This document shows positions 1-11,048 of a DNA stretch of 64,000 nt, piece after piece (positions within the stretch are counted from its first letter, which is position 1; every line of letters begins with the position of its first letter). Under the pieces are notes generated by a model that saw only the letters and a list, made by a program, of their open reading frames with translations, had not been told where the DNA came from and made no database searches. The stretch comes from Longimicrobiales bacterium (GTDB lineage Bacteria > Gemmatimonadota > Gemmatimonadetes > Longimicrobiales > Gaopeijiaceae). The position numbers and the translations under genes were made by a program. The DNA lies in NCBI GenBank assembly GCA_963664435.2, contig CAXXKM010000003.1:192001-256000 (forward strand), in the 5' to 3' direction.

Positions 1-163
1 CCTTCACTTCGTCGATGACCGTGGCAGGCCCGATCTCGAGGGCACGTCTCAGGCCCCTGTATCCGCCCCGCTCGCGGTAGCCCTCCAGCGTGCGTGCGGC
101 AGGATCCCCGAAGTTGCGGGAGATGACGCGCACCTCGCTGGCATGCACGTAAGGGTAGGCCAT
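1..163 (-). CDS. nuoF: NADH-quinone oxidoreductase subunit F, N-terminal part (runs off window start)
   Basis: Hand-translated ATG at 163: MAYPYVHASEVRVISRNFGDPAARTLEGYRERGGYRGLRRALEIGPATVIDEVK, typical NuoF N-terminus (Y...GGY..L...I.EVK); directly abuts the nuoE stop. Confidence 0.9.
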   Translation of the reverse strand, partial: MAYPYVHASEVRVISRNFGDPAARTLEGYRERGGYRGLRRALEIGPATVIDEVK

Positions 164-826
164 CTACTCGCCGTGCTCCCTGAGACGCTGCAGGAGCGCG
201 GGCACGTCGTCCGGCAGCACGTTCTCGTAGTAGCGGGAGTTGATCTGCACGGCGACCGGGAAGCCGCACGCGGCCAGGCACTCCACCTCGATGACGGTGA
301 AGTCGCCGTCCCCGGAGGTCTCTCCCAGCTCGGTGCCGGTGTGTCGGAGGAAGGCGTCGAGCACCTCCTCGCCCTTGCACAGGCTGCAGCTGATGTTGGT
401 GCAGACCTGGATGAGGAATCGCCCCACCGGCCGCTTGTTGTACATCGTGTAGAAGGTGACCGTCCCGCGAACCTCGGCCATCGGCAGGCCGAGCAGCGCC
501 GCCACCTCGTCCATCGTCTCCGGGGAGATGTGGCCGCGCAACTCCTGGGCCAGGTTCAGCGTCGGGAGCAGGGCGCCGCGCGCGGTGGGATAGCGTGAGC
601 GAATCTTCTCGAACCTCTCCCGGTACGGGCCCTCGAAGAGGACCGCGTCCGGATCCTTGCCGGGAAGCATGTAGGGGTACGAGGGAGCAACCGATGGATG
701 CCCGCCGTCGAGGGGTCGCTCGCCCACGAAATCGGTGCCGCGCACGTCCGCTTCGGAGAGGTCGAACTCTCCCACGTTGCCGGCCCACCCGGGGTTGCGG
801 AACGGCGCGCGGGCGGGACCGCTCAT
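164..826 (-). CDS. nuoE: NADH-quinone oxidoreductase subunit E (2Fe-2S)
   Basis: TFYTMY, CTNISC...ECLAACG cysteine motifs; position in the nuo operon. Confidence 0.95.
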   Translation of the reverse strand: MSGPARAPFRNPGWAGNVGEFDLSEADVRGTDFVGERPLDGGHPSVAPSYPYMLPGKDPDAVLFEGPYRERFEKIRSRYPTARGALLPTLNLAQELRGHISPETMDEVAALLGLPMAEVRGTVTFYTMYNKRPVGRFLIQVCTNISCSLCKGEEVLDAFLRHTGTELGETSGDGDFTVIEVECLAACGFPVAVQINSRYYENVLPDDVPALLQRLREHGE

Positions 827-2100
827 CGGTCGATCTCGCCGAGCACGATGTCCAGGCTCGCGTTGATCATGATGAGGTCGGCGACCAGGTGCTCTTCGGC
901 CAGCCTGGCGATGGCCGACAGGTTGACGAAGGAGGGCGGCCGGATGCGCCAGCGCACCGGCTTGGGTCCGCCGTCGCCCACCAGGTACATGCCCAGCTCG
1001 CCCTTGGAACCCTCGACGGCGAAGTAGCAGTCCTCGGCGGGCGCGTTGATGCCGTCCATGATCAGCTTGAAGTGGTGGATCATCGACTCCATGTCGTTCA
1101 TGCAGTCTGTCTTGCTCGGCAGGCTGACGCGCGGGTCCTCGACGTTGATGGGACCGTCGGGGAGGCGGTCCAGGGCCTGATGCAGGATGGCCACGCTCTG
1201 GCGCATCTCCTCCATGCGCACCAGGTAGCGATCGTAGCAGTCGCCGTTCTCACCCACCGGGACCTCGAAGTCGTAGGTCTCGTAGTCGTAGTAGGGCCGG
1301 TCCTTGCGCACGTCGTAGTCGACCCCGCTGGCGCGCAGGTTGGGACCGGTCAGACCGCAGTCGATCGCGTCGTCCGGGCCGATGGCGCCGATGTCGATGG
1401 TGCGGCCCTGATGTATCGCGTTGGTGGTGAGCAGCGAGTCGATCTCGTTCAGCGTGCGGGGGAAGGTGTCGATGAAGTCCCGCACCCCCTGCGCCCAGCC
1501 CGCCGGCAGGTCCGACATCATGCCCCCGACGCGGGTGGCGGAGGTCGTGATGCGGGCGCCGGTGAGCTCCTCGTGCAGCTGGTAGATGCGCTCCCGTTCC
1601 TGGAAGGCGTACAGGAAGGGAGTGAAGGCGCCGACGTCGATGGCGGTGGTCCCCAGCCAGAGCAGGTGCGAGAAGATGCGGTCCAGTTCGAGGCAGATTA
1701 CCCGCACCACCTTGCAGCGCTCCGTTACCTCGATGCCCATCAGCTTCTCGACCGCCATGGCGTAGGCGCAGTTGTAGATCAGCGGCGCCAGGTAGTCCAT
1801 CCGGTCGGTGAGCGGCACGATCTGGTTGTACGTGCGGTACTCGCCCAGCTTCTCGAAGGAGGAATGCAGGTAACCGATGTGCGGCGTGACCGACACCACG
1901 GTCTCCCCGTCCAGCTCGCAGATGAGCCTGAGCACGCCGTGCGTGGCGGGGTGCTGTGGCCCGATGTTGATGAGCATCTGCTCGGAACCGATGTCGGGCT
2001 CCGCGACATCGACGGGCGCCAGCGGTCCCATCGCGGGCCGGGCGTCCATCCCCATCTCCGCGCCCCGGCCCACCGGGATCTCCACCGTCCGACGCGTCAT
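823..2100 (-). CDS. nuoD: NADH-quinone oxidoreductase subunit D
   Basis: NIGPQHPATHGVLRL, GYLH, DRMDY, C-terminal DIVLGEIDR. Confidence 0.97.
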   Translation of the reverse strand: MTRRTVEIPVGRGAEMGMDARPAMGPLAPVDVAEPDIGSEQMLINIGPQHPATHGVLRLICELDGETVVSVTPHIGYLHSSFEKLGEYRTYNQIVPLTDRMDYLAPLIYNCAYAMAVEKLMGIEVTERCKVVRVICLELDRIFSHLLWLGTTAIDVGAFTPFLYAFQERERIYQLHEELTGARITTSATRVGGMMSDLPAGWAQGVRDFIDTFPRTLNEIDSLLTTNAIHQGRTIDIGAIGPDDAIDCGLTGPNLRASGVDYDVRKDRPYYDYETYDFEVPVGENGDCYDRYLVRMEEMRQSVAILHQALDRLPDGPINVEDPRVSLPSKTDCMNDMESMIHHFKLIMDGINAPAEDCYFAVEGSKGELGMYLVGDGGPKPVRWRIRPPSFVNLSAIARLAEEHLVADLIMINASLDIVLGEIDR

Positions 2101-2726
2101 CGGCCCTGGCTTCCCGAGCCGGAGGTTGCGGACTCGTCCGCCGGGACCAGCTGGGGAGCGCCGCGTCCCTCCATTTCGTCAGGCATGTAGTACTGCTCCA
2201 TGTCCTGGGAGAGGGCGCGCCGGGTCTGCTCGGCGCGGGAGAAACGGCCGCGCAGCGGGAAGTCCTTACGCAGGGGATGGCCTTCGGCGTAATTCTCGGG
2301 CATGAGAATGCGGCGCAGGTCCGGGTGCCCCCTGAACTCGATCCCGAACAGATCGTAGACTTCGCGCTCAAGCCAGTTGGCCGCACTCCAGAGCGCGGTC
2401 ACCGAGGCGATCGCGAGGCGGGAAAGCGGGAGTTCGCACTTTACCCGCAACGCCCTGCGGTGCGGTATGGACCAGAGCTGGTAAACGACCTCGAGCGGGC
2501 GTCCGTCGCCGTAGTCGACTGCGGTTACGTCGACCAGCAGGTTGAAACGCTCGCCGGGGTCCGTGCGCAACCAGTCCAGCACTTCCGCGTTGCGCGAAGG
2601 ATCGATGTAGACCACCTGCTGGTCCCCCGACTGCACCAGGTCGCGGACAACGGCGTCGGGGAACGCCGCGCGCAGAGCCTCGACGGTCGGGGACGCGGGC
2701 ATTCCGTCGCGGTCCGGTCGGGTCAC
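2097..2726 (-). CDS. nuoC: NADH-quinone oxidoreductase subunit C
   Basis: [26 protein letters not shown]...[10 protein letters not shown]; start taken at the GTG overlapping the nuoB stop (alternative ATG at 2702). Confidence 0.93.
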   Translation of the reverse strand: MTRPDRDGMPASPTVEALRAAFPDAVVRDLVQSGDQQVVYIDPSRNAEVLDWLRTDPGERFNLLVDVTAVDYGDGRPLEVVYQLWSIPHRRALRVKCELPLSRLAIASVTALWSAANWLEREVYDLFGIEFRGHPDLRRILMPENYAEGHPLRKDFPLRGRFSRAEQTRRALSQDMEQYYMPDEMEGRGAPQLVPADESATSGSGSQGR

Positions 2727-3415
2727 GGAATGCGGTCGTCGGGCCGGTCGGAGGCGTCTGACCCGGTGGGCCCGCTCACCCGGTTCTGCCGGGTCGAATT
2801 GCCGAAGGGTCCCGAGAGCGCCAGCACCTCTTCGGCGTCGGCGCGCGCGCGGGCCACCGCCGCCGGGTCCTCGGCGCGCAGAGTGCCGTGCTCGCTCAGG
2901 CGCTCCTCGCGGATCTTCTCCTGAATCATCATGAGCCCGTAAATGAGGCCCTCCGGTCTCGGCGGACAACCTGGCACGTAGACGTCCACGGGGATGATGG
3001 TGTCGATCCCCTGCACCATCGAATAGACGTCGAACACGCCCCCCGACGACGCGCACGCGCCCATCGAGACGGCCCACTTGGGCTGCGGCATCTGGTCCCA
3101 GATGCGGCGCAGGACGGGCGCCAGCTTGTAGGGTACCCGCCCCGCACAGATGAGCACGTCGGCCTGGCGGGGACTGAACGACATGCGCTCCATCCCGAAG
3201 CGCGCCAGGTCGAAGTTGCTGGCGGCCGCCGCCATCATTTCGATGGCGCAGCACGCGGTGCCGAAAGGCATGGGCCAGAGCGAGTTGCGGCGGGCCCAGT
3301 TGACGACGAAGTCGAGCCGCGTGGTCAGAAAGGTCGGCGTTCCCGCGCCGAGGACCCCGCCCGGCGGCGAGGAAGCGACGGGAAGGCGTTCAGCGGTTTG
3401 TTCGCTCAGTCCCAA
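2723..3415 (-). CDS. nuoB: NADH-quinone oxidoreductase subunit B
   Basis: [40 protein letters not shown] start overlapping the nuoA end. Confidence 0.95.
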   Translation of the reverse strand: MGLSEQTAERLPVASSPPGGVLGAGTPTFLTTRLDFVVNWARRNSLWPMPFGTACCAIEMMAAAASNFDLARFGMERMSFSPRQADVLICAGRVPYKLAPVLRRIWDQMPQPKWAVSMGACASSGGVFDVYSMVQGIDTIIPVDVYVPGCPPRPEGLIYGLMMIQEKIREERLSEHGTLRAEDPAAVARARADAEEVLALSGPFGNSTRQNRVSGPTGSDASDRPDDRIP

Positions 3416-3762
3416 TCCAGGCCTCCTTTCTTCCACTCGTACACAAGCCCCGCGGTGAGCACCGCCACGAAGATGGAAGCGGCCACGAATCCGCTCCATC
3501 CCAACGCGCGCATTTCCACCGCCCAGGGGATGAGGAAGACCGCTTCCAGATCGAAGACGATGAAGCTGATGGCGACGAGATAGAACTTGACCGAAAAGCG
3601 AGTCCGCGTGTCGCCCAGCGGGATCATTCCGGACTCGTAAGGCATTGCCTTCTCCGGAGTTGGCCTGCGAGGACTGAGGATGTGCGACAGCACTACCATG
3701 AAGACCGCGTTGAGGGCGGAGACCCCGAAGATGAGCAGGATCGGGAGGTAGGCGTCCGACAT
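3406..3762 (-). CDS. nuoA: NADH-quinone oxidoreductase subunit A
   Basis: [30 protein letters not shown]; three hydrophobic segments; start MSDAYL at 3762. Confidence 0.95.
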   Translation of the reverse strand: MSDAYLPILLIFGVSALNAVFMVVLSHILSPRRPTPEKAMPYESGMIPLGDTRTRFSVKFYLVAISFIVFDLEAVFLIPWAVEMRALGWSGFVAASIFVAVLTAGLVYEWKKGGLDWD

Positions 3763-3811
3763 CGAGTCGCCCGCGTGTGCAGGGGGTGTCGCAGGGAATC
3801 CGGGTGGCAGA

Positions 3812-3840
3812 AAGCTACCGATGCGCCCCGACCCGGTCAA
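3812..3840 (-). promoter_or_regulatory. Putative sigma70 promoter of the nuo operon
   Basis: TTGACC-N17-TAGCTT on the minus strand about 50 bp upstream of nuoA. Confidence 0.6.
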
Positions 3841-4081
3841 CCCGCCGGGAAGCATCCCCGCAAGCCGATTACGCTGGTGCGTGACAGGCCGGCAACACCT
3901 TCCCGACGCGGCTCGCGAACCCTGCCCTGAAGGGAGATCGCCTGACGCGGGAGACCGCTGGCGGCGGCGTCCTCGAACCCGGCTGATCCCGACTATGCCG
4001 GAGTCCCGGGAGGCGGTGTGCGGCAAGGGGGGCGTGGCGGAGAACGCCCGGGGTTTCGGCGGCGTGGCAGGATCCATGATT

Positions 4082-4097
4082 CGGCACGGCATTTGCA
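4082..4097 (+). promoter_or_regulatory. Putative sigma54 (-24/-12) promoter
   Basis: CGGCACGGCATTTGCA versus consensus TGGCACGNNNNTTGCW; exact GG-N10-GC spacing, one mismatch. Confidence 0.6.
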
Positions 4098-4127
4098 AGA
4101 ACTGCCTGTGACAGGGCTCAGTCCCGA

Positions 4128-4158
4128 GGCACTGAACCAGCTTCGGGCACTGAACCAG
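4128..4158 (+). repeat. 13-bp direct repeat GGCACTGAACCAG x2 (period 18)
   Basis: Exact copies at 4128-4140 and 4146-4158; core CTGAACCA recurs at 4332-4339. Confidence 0.85.
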
Positions 4159-4352
4159 ACTGTGCGGGTATCATTTTCCGCATCTCGAAACCTCTGCCGG
4201 AAATATGAGCCCGAAACTGGGCCATAAACCCACATTGGCAGGGTGGCATTCCGGAGCCGATCAAGCCGAAGATGAAGAGAATGAGCCCGATTTTGAGAAT
4301 AGTGAGCCTGAAATACGGCTCCCCGACATCCCTGAACCACGAGGAGTGAACG

Positions 4353-4652
4353 GTGATGCGCCGCATTACACGTATTCGCACTCTCGACCAGGTCCGTCGT
4401 TTCCTGAAAGTTGCCGACGCCCCGAAGTTGCAGGCGGACAGCCGTGAGTCCATATACGATTTCATCCGCAGGACACTGGACCGATTCGAATACCACGATC
4501 TCAGGAAACGCGATAAGAGCCTGCTGAAGACATTCCTGGCCCGAGTGACAGGCTTCTCGCGCGCCCAACTGACCCGGCTGATTGCACAACATCGCGAGAC
4601 CGGCACCATCCGTGACCGTCGCGGCACGCCGCGGCACTCAAGAGCCGCGTAG
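4353..4652 (+). mobile_element. Stand-alone N-terminal (DNA-binding) region of an IS-type DDE integrase/transposase; no catalytic domain
   Basis: IRTLDQVRRFL...IYDFIRRTL.RF.Y..L.K.DK.LL..FL..VTG.SRAQLTRLI.Q.R..G.I.DRRG resembles, from memory, the N-terminus of ISNCY/IS1202-like transposases; SD GAGGAG at 4341-4346; visibly lower GC than the flanks. Confidence 0.7.
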
Positions 4653-4776
4653 CTGACGACCAGACGCGCTGCGGCCCGGCGCCGCGCGGAGCCTTGCCGC
4701 GATGCACGCTCGTTTCCATCATGAGCCCGGCGGTGCCTCATCGGACGCAGTTCACGCGCTTGTGCCGGAGAATACC

Positions 4777-7325
<2,549 letters not shown>

Positions 7326-7412
7326 GGCGCGGGCGGCGGTCCCCGACCACGACCGGCGCGGCAGCTCATGTTGCCGTCAGGGTCGGCCGGCCGGCCGGCA
7401 AACCGCCTCCGG

Positions 7413-9134
7413 TCAGTGCCGGAAGAGCCGCCTTCCCGTAAAGGCCATCGCGATCCCGTGCTCGTTCGCGGCGGCAATGACCTCTTCGTCGCGAACTGAA
7501 CCGCCCGGCTGCACGATCGCGCGCACCCCGGCCGCGGCCGCCGCGTCGACGCCGTCGCGGAACGGGAAGAAGGCATCCGAGGCCAGCGCGCAGCCGGACA
7601 GATCGAGGCCGGCGGCGGCGGCCTTTCGGACCGCGAGCTCGGACGCGTCCACCCGGCTCACCTGCCCCATGCCGATGCCCAGCGTGGCGCCGCTGCGCGC
7701 GAGCAGGATGGCGTTGGATTTCACCCCCGCGACCGCCGACCAGGCGAAGTCGAGGTCGTCGAGTTCGCGCGCGGACGGGGCGCGCCGGGTGACGACCCGC
7801 CACCTTGCGCTTCCCATCCCGTAGAAGGGCGGCGGAGGCGCCGATTGCGCCAGCAGGCCGCCGGACACGGTGCGCAGCGTTCTGGGTTCGGGGAGGCGGG
7901 CGTGCGCCGCGAGGAACGCGGCCGAGGCGCGGTGCCCGGGTGAAGCCTCCCGCCACCAGTCGATGTGGTCCGGGTCGAGCGGCAGGGCGTCGCGAGCGAC
8001 CGGTTCGCCGGGCATGGCGAGCAGGCGCAGGCTGGGCTTGCGGGTCAGGATCCTCATCGCCCGGTCGTCGAAGGCCGGCGCAACCAGGCACTCGACAAAG
8101 AGCTCCGACATCCGCGCCGCGGTGGCGGCATCGACGCGCCGGTTCACCGCGATCACGGACCCGAAGGCGCTCACAGGGTCGGTTCGCAGGGCGCGCAGGT
8201 AGGCTTCTTCGAGTGTCTCCGCGAGCGCCATCCCCGCGGGCGTGGTGTGCTTGACGATACACACGGCCGGCCGCGCCGAGAAAGCGAAGGGAGCGAGACA
8301 CTGGAGGGCGCCGTCGAGGTCGAGGTAGTTGTTGTACGAAAGCGCCTTGCCGTGCAGCTGCTCGAGGCCGGCCAGTCCCACGCCCGCGTGTCCGCGCCAG
8401 CGGTACAACGCCGCCTCCTGGTCCGGGTTCTCGCCGTAGCGCAGGACATCCTCCAGTTCGGCGGTCAAGGCGAGGTCGACCGGGAACATTCCGGCTCCGC
8501 CCGTTACGGGGGCCGGCTCCTCCGCGTCCACGCAGGTTCCGCCGCCCTCCCGGGCGGCGTGCCCCAGCCACTCCGCCACGGCCTCATCGTACGCGCTCGT
8601 GTGTGCAAACACCTTCACGGCCAACTCCCGGCGAAGCGCGCGGCCGTCTCCTTCCCGGTCGAGGGCCGCGAGTACGCGCGGGTAGTCGCCGGGGTCCACG
8701 ACGGCCCACACGTCGGCGTGGTTCTTGGCCGCCGCCCGGATCATGGTGGGTCCGCCGATGTCCACCTGCTCCATCGCGCCGCCCACCGACACGCCACCCT
8801 TCGCCACGGTCTCCCGGAAGGGGTAGAGGTTGACCGCCACCAGGCCCACGGGCGCGTAGCCCCGTGCCGCGAGGGCGTCGTCGTCGTCGCGGTGCCCGCT
8901 CCGGGCCAGGATCCCCGCATGGATGGCCGGGTGCAGCGTCTTGACCCGCCCGTCCATCATTTCCGGGTGGGACGTGACCTCAGCCACCTGTACGACGGGA
9001 AGCCCCGCGTCGACGAGGGTTCGCGCGGTTCCCCCGGTCGAGACGATCTCCCATCCGCGGCCGACGAGACCGCGGGCAAGCTCTTCGATCCCGCTCTTGT
9101 CCGAGACGCTCAGCAGCGCTCGTCTTCGAGTCAT
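7413..9134 (-). CDS. purH: Bifunctional AICAR transformylase/IMP cyclohydrolase
   Basis: RALLSVSDKSG, GRVKTLHP, DIGGPTMIRAAAKN, LRYGENP, ASDAFFPF, C-terminal R.FRH. Confidence 0.97.
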   Translation of the reverse strand: MTRRRALLSVSDKSGIEELARGLVGRGWEIVSTGGTARTLVDAGLPVVQVAEVTSHPEMMDGRVKTLHPAIHAGILARSGHRDDDDALAARGYAPVGLVAVNLYPFRETVAKGGVSVGGAMEQVDIGGPTMIRAAAKNHADVWAVVDPGDYPRVLAALDREGDGRALRRELAVKVFAHTSAYDEAVAEWLGHAAREGGGTCVDAEEPAPVTGGAGMFPVDLALTAELEDVLRYGENPDQEAALYRWRGHAGVGLAGLEQLHGKALSYNNYLDLDGALQCLAPFAFSARPAVCIVKHTTPAGMALAETLEEAYLRALRTDPVSAFGSVIAVNRRVDAATAARMSELFVECLVAPAFDDRAMRILTRKPSLRLLAMPGEPVARDALPLDPDHIDWWREASPGHRASAAFLAAHARLPEPRTLRTVSGGLLAQSAPPPPFYGMGSARWRVVTRRAPSARELDDLDFAWSAVAGVKSNAILLARSGATLGIGMGQVSRVDASELAVRKAAAAGLDLSGCALASDAFFPFRDGVDAAAAAGVRAIVQPGGSVRDEEVIAAANEHGIAMAFTGRRLFRH

Positions 9135-9165
9135 GTTCGCTCCTCCCTGGCGTGCAAGGCTGACG

Positions 9166-9864
9166 CTAATCCCCGGTGAAACCGGCGGAAATCGAGCGCG
9201 CGACATCGGCTCCGGCCTGTGACTTCGCCAGAAACGCGGTTCCGGGCGGCGAAAAGGGCGTTGGCCGGCGCCCTCGGGCGAGAGCGCGGCTCAGATGGTC
9301 CACGACCCGGGGATAGAGGAGATGCTCGACGCGAAGCACCCGGGCGGCGAGCGCATGCGGGTCGTCGCCTGCACGCACCGGCACCGGCCACTGCGCGACG
9401 ATCGGGCCTCGATCGTACTCCTCGTCCACGAAGTGCACCGTGGGCCCGGTGACCCGGGCGCCCGACGCAAGCACCGCCTCGTGCACGCGCATCCCATACA
9501 TCCCCTTCCCTCCGAAGGCCGGGAGAAGCGCGGGGTGGATGTTGACCGTCCTCTCTCGGAAGGCCTCGACGATGTCCGCGGGGATGAGCCGGAGGTAGCC
9601 CGCGAGCGCGATGAACCCGATATCGGCGGAACTCAGGATGTCCAGCGTCTCCGCGGCGACATCGCCGGACGATCGTCCCGCGACCGGGAGAAAGCGTGAC
9701 CGGATCCCGCTACGATGAGCGCGCCGGAGCGCCCTGGCGTCCTCCTGGTCGCTGATGACGAGTTGGACGCGCCAGGGTGGTGCATCGAGGGTGGCGTGGT
9801 GGTTGAGGATGGCCTGCAGGTTCGAACCCGAACCCGACGCGAAGACCGCCACGGGCAGGCTCAC
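9166..9864 (-). CDS. purN: Phosphoribosylglycinamide formyltransferase
   Basis: VFASGSGSNLQAI, LAGYLR, NIHPALLPAFGG, TVHFVDEEYDRGPI; GTG start overlapping the upstream stop. Confidence 0.96.
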   Translation of the reverse strand: MSLPVAVFASGSGSNLQAILNHHATLDAPPWRVQLVISDQEDARALRRAHRSGIRSRFLPVAGRSSGDVAAETLDILSSADIGFIALAGYLRLIPADIVEAFRERTVNIHPALLPAFGGKGMYGMRVHEAVLASGARVTGPTVHFVDEEYDRGPIVAQWPVPVRAGDDPHALAARVLRVEHLLYPRVVDHLSRALARGRRPTPFSPPGTAFLAKSQAGADVARSISAGFTGD

Positions 9865-10517
9865 ACGAACTCGCCTCCCTGGAAGGGCATCAGAAACGGA
9901 TTGGTGCGGCGCTCCCATCCCACCGTGGTTTCGGGGCCGTGCCCGGTGAGCAGACGGGTGTCGTCGGCGAGCGTCAGCACCTGTTGGCGAATCGAGTGCA
10001 GCAACTGCTGCATGTCTCCCCCCGGAAGATCCGTGCGCCCGATCGATCCCGCGAACACGACATCCGCCACGACCGCGACCCGCTCGTCCTCATTGACCAG
10101 CACGACATGACCGGGGGAGTGACCGGGGGCGTGGCGCACGCGAAACGCGCACCGTCCAAAGCCGAGTTCATCCCCGTGCGCGAGCTGCTCGTCGACGGCC
10201 GGCAGCCGTGGCGCGCGCACCCCGGACGCCGTCGCCTGTTCGGTCGCGGCCCGGTAGAGGAAGGCGTCGGCCGGGTGGAGGAAGATCGGGGCATCCGTGA
10301 CGGCACGGATGTCGGGCACCCCTTCGACATGATCCAGATGTGCGTGGGTCAGGACGACGGCCTTGACGTCCAGGTCGTCAGCCTCGATCGCGCGACACAT
10401 GTCCGGAGCCGCCGCCCCGGGATCGATGACCAGCGCCTCGCCGGTTGCGTCGCAGATGGCCAGCCAGGCGTTCTGCTGGAATCCGTCCGCGCCGGTGAAG
10501 GTCCGCAGACGGATCAC
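9861..10517 (-). CDS. MBL-fold metallo-hydrolase (glyoxalase II/YcbL-like)
   Basis: THAHLDH, PGHSPGH, FAGSIGRTDLPGG, GHGPET..G.E...NPF. Confidence 0.92.
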   Translation of the reverse strand: MIRLRTFTGADGFQQNAWLAICDATGEALVIDPGAAAPDMCRAIEADDLDVKAVVLTHAHLDHVEGVPDIRAVTDAPIFLHPADAFLYRAATEQATASGVRAPRLPAVDEQLAHGDELGFGRCAFRVRHAPGHSPGHVVLVNEDERVAVVADVVFAGSIGRTDLPGGDMQQLLHSIRQQVLTLADDTRLLTGHGPETTVGWERRTNPFLMPFQGGEFV

Positions 10518-10575
10518 CTGCGTGATCTGTCCACTGCAGTGGTCCTGGGGCGCTCGGTTCGGACCTGGGGCGTGA

Positions 10576-10905
10576 TCAGACCGTGAAGGAGCTTCCGCAC
10601 CCGCATCCGCCCGCGGCCTGTGGGTTGGAGAAGCTGAAGCCCTGTCCCATCATGCTGGACACATAGTCGATCTGCACGCCCTCGAGGTACTGGGCGCTGA
10701 ACGGGTCGACGAAAACCCGGAAGTCGTCCAGCTCCAGCACTTCGTCGTCGTCCTCGGGCGCCTCTTCGATGTTGAGGCCGTACTGAAAGCCCGAGCATCC
10801 GCCCGGAAGCACGGCGACACGAAGCCCGGCCCGGGACCGGGAGTCGAGCTCTTCCAGAAACTGCGTGATTTTGGTAGTGGCTTCAGGCGTCAGAGTAATC
10901 TGCAT
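10576..10905 (-). CDS. A-type Fe-S cluster carrier (IscA/ErpA/HesB family)
   Basis: GGCSGFQY and C-terminal CGCGSSF. Confidence 0.95.
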   Translation of the reverse strand: MQITLTPEATTKITQFLEELDSRSRAGLRVAVLPGGCSGFQYGLNIEEAPEDDDEVLELDDFRVFVDPFSAQYLEGVQIDYVSSMMGQGFSFSNPQAAGGCGCGSSFTV

Positions 10906-11048
10906 GGTCCTGCTCCTGAGGGTGCGGCTCGGCCGACCGATGGATCAAGTCGGAAAAACCCGCCTGGCGCTCCGGTGTTCCCCTTCCCTGCCGGCAACTT
11001 CTCCGGCGCCCGCACCGGCGGCTGGCGGTCCTGGACAAGATCGCGCCT

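Noticed and set aside
3970..4012. GAACCCGGCTGATCCCGACTATGCCGGAGT resembles the 3' half of a TPP riboswitch
   Set aside because: No upstream GCTGAGA element, P5 pairing is broken and no thiamine gene follows; needs cmscan but is probably chance
4205..4447. 80-aa acidic ORF
   Set aside because: No SD, overlaps the better-supported 4353-4652 ORF, and the acidic run derives from the DNA repeats
10576..10905. Selenocysteine form of the HesB/IscA protein or of thioredoxin (29480-29809)
   Set aside because: All active-site positions are Cys codons; no in-frame TGA
10906..11048. Possible tRNA-Sec next to selA
   Set aside because: No cloverleaf, TCA anticodon loop or T-loop GTTCRA seen on either strand
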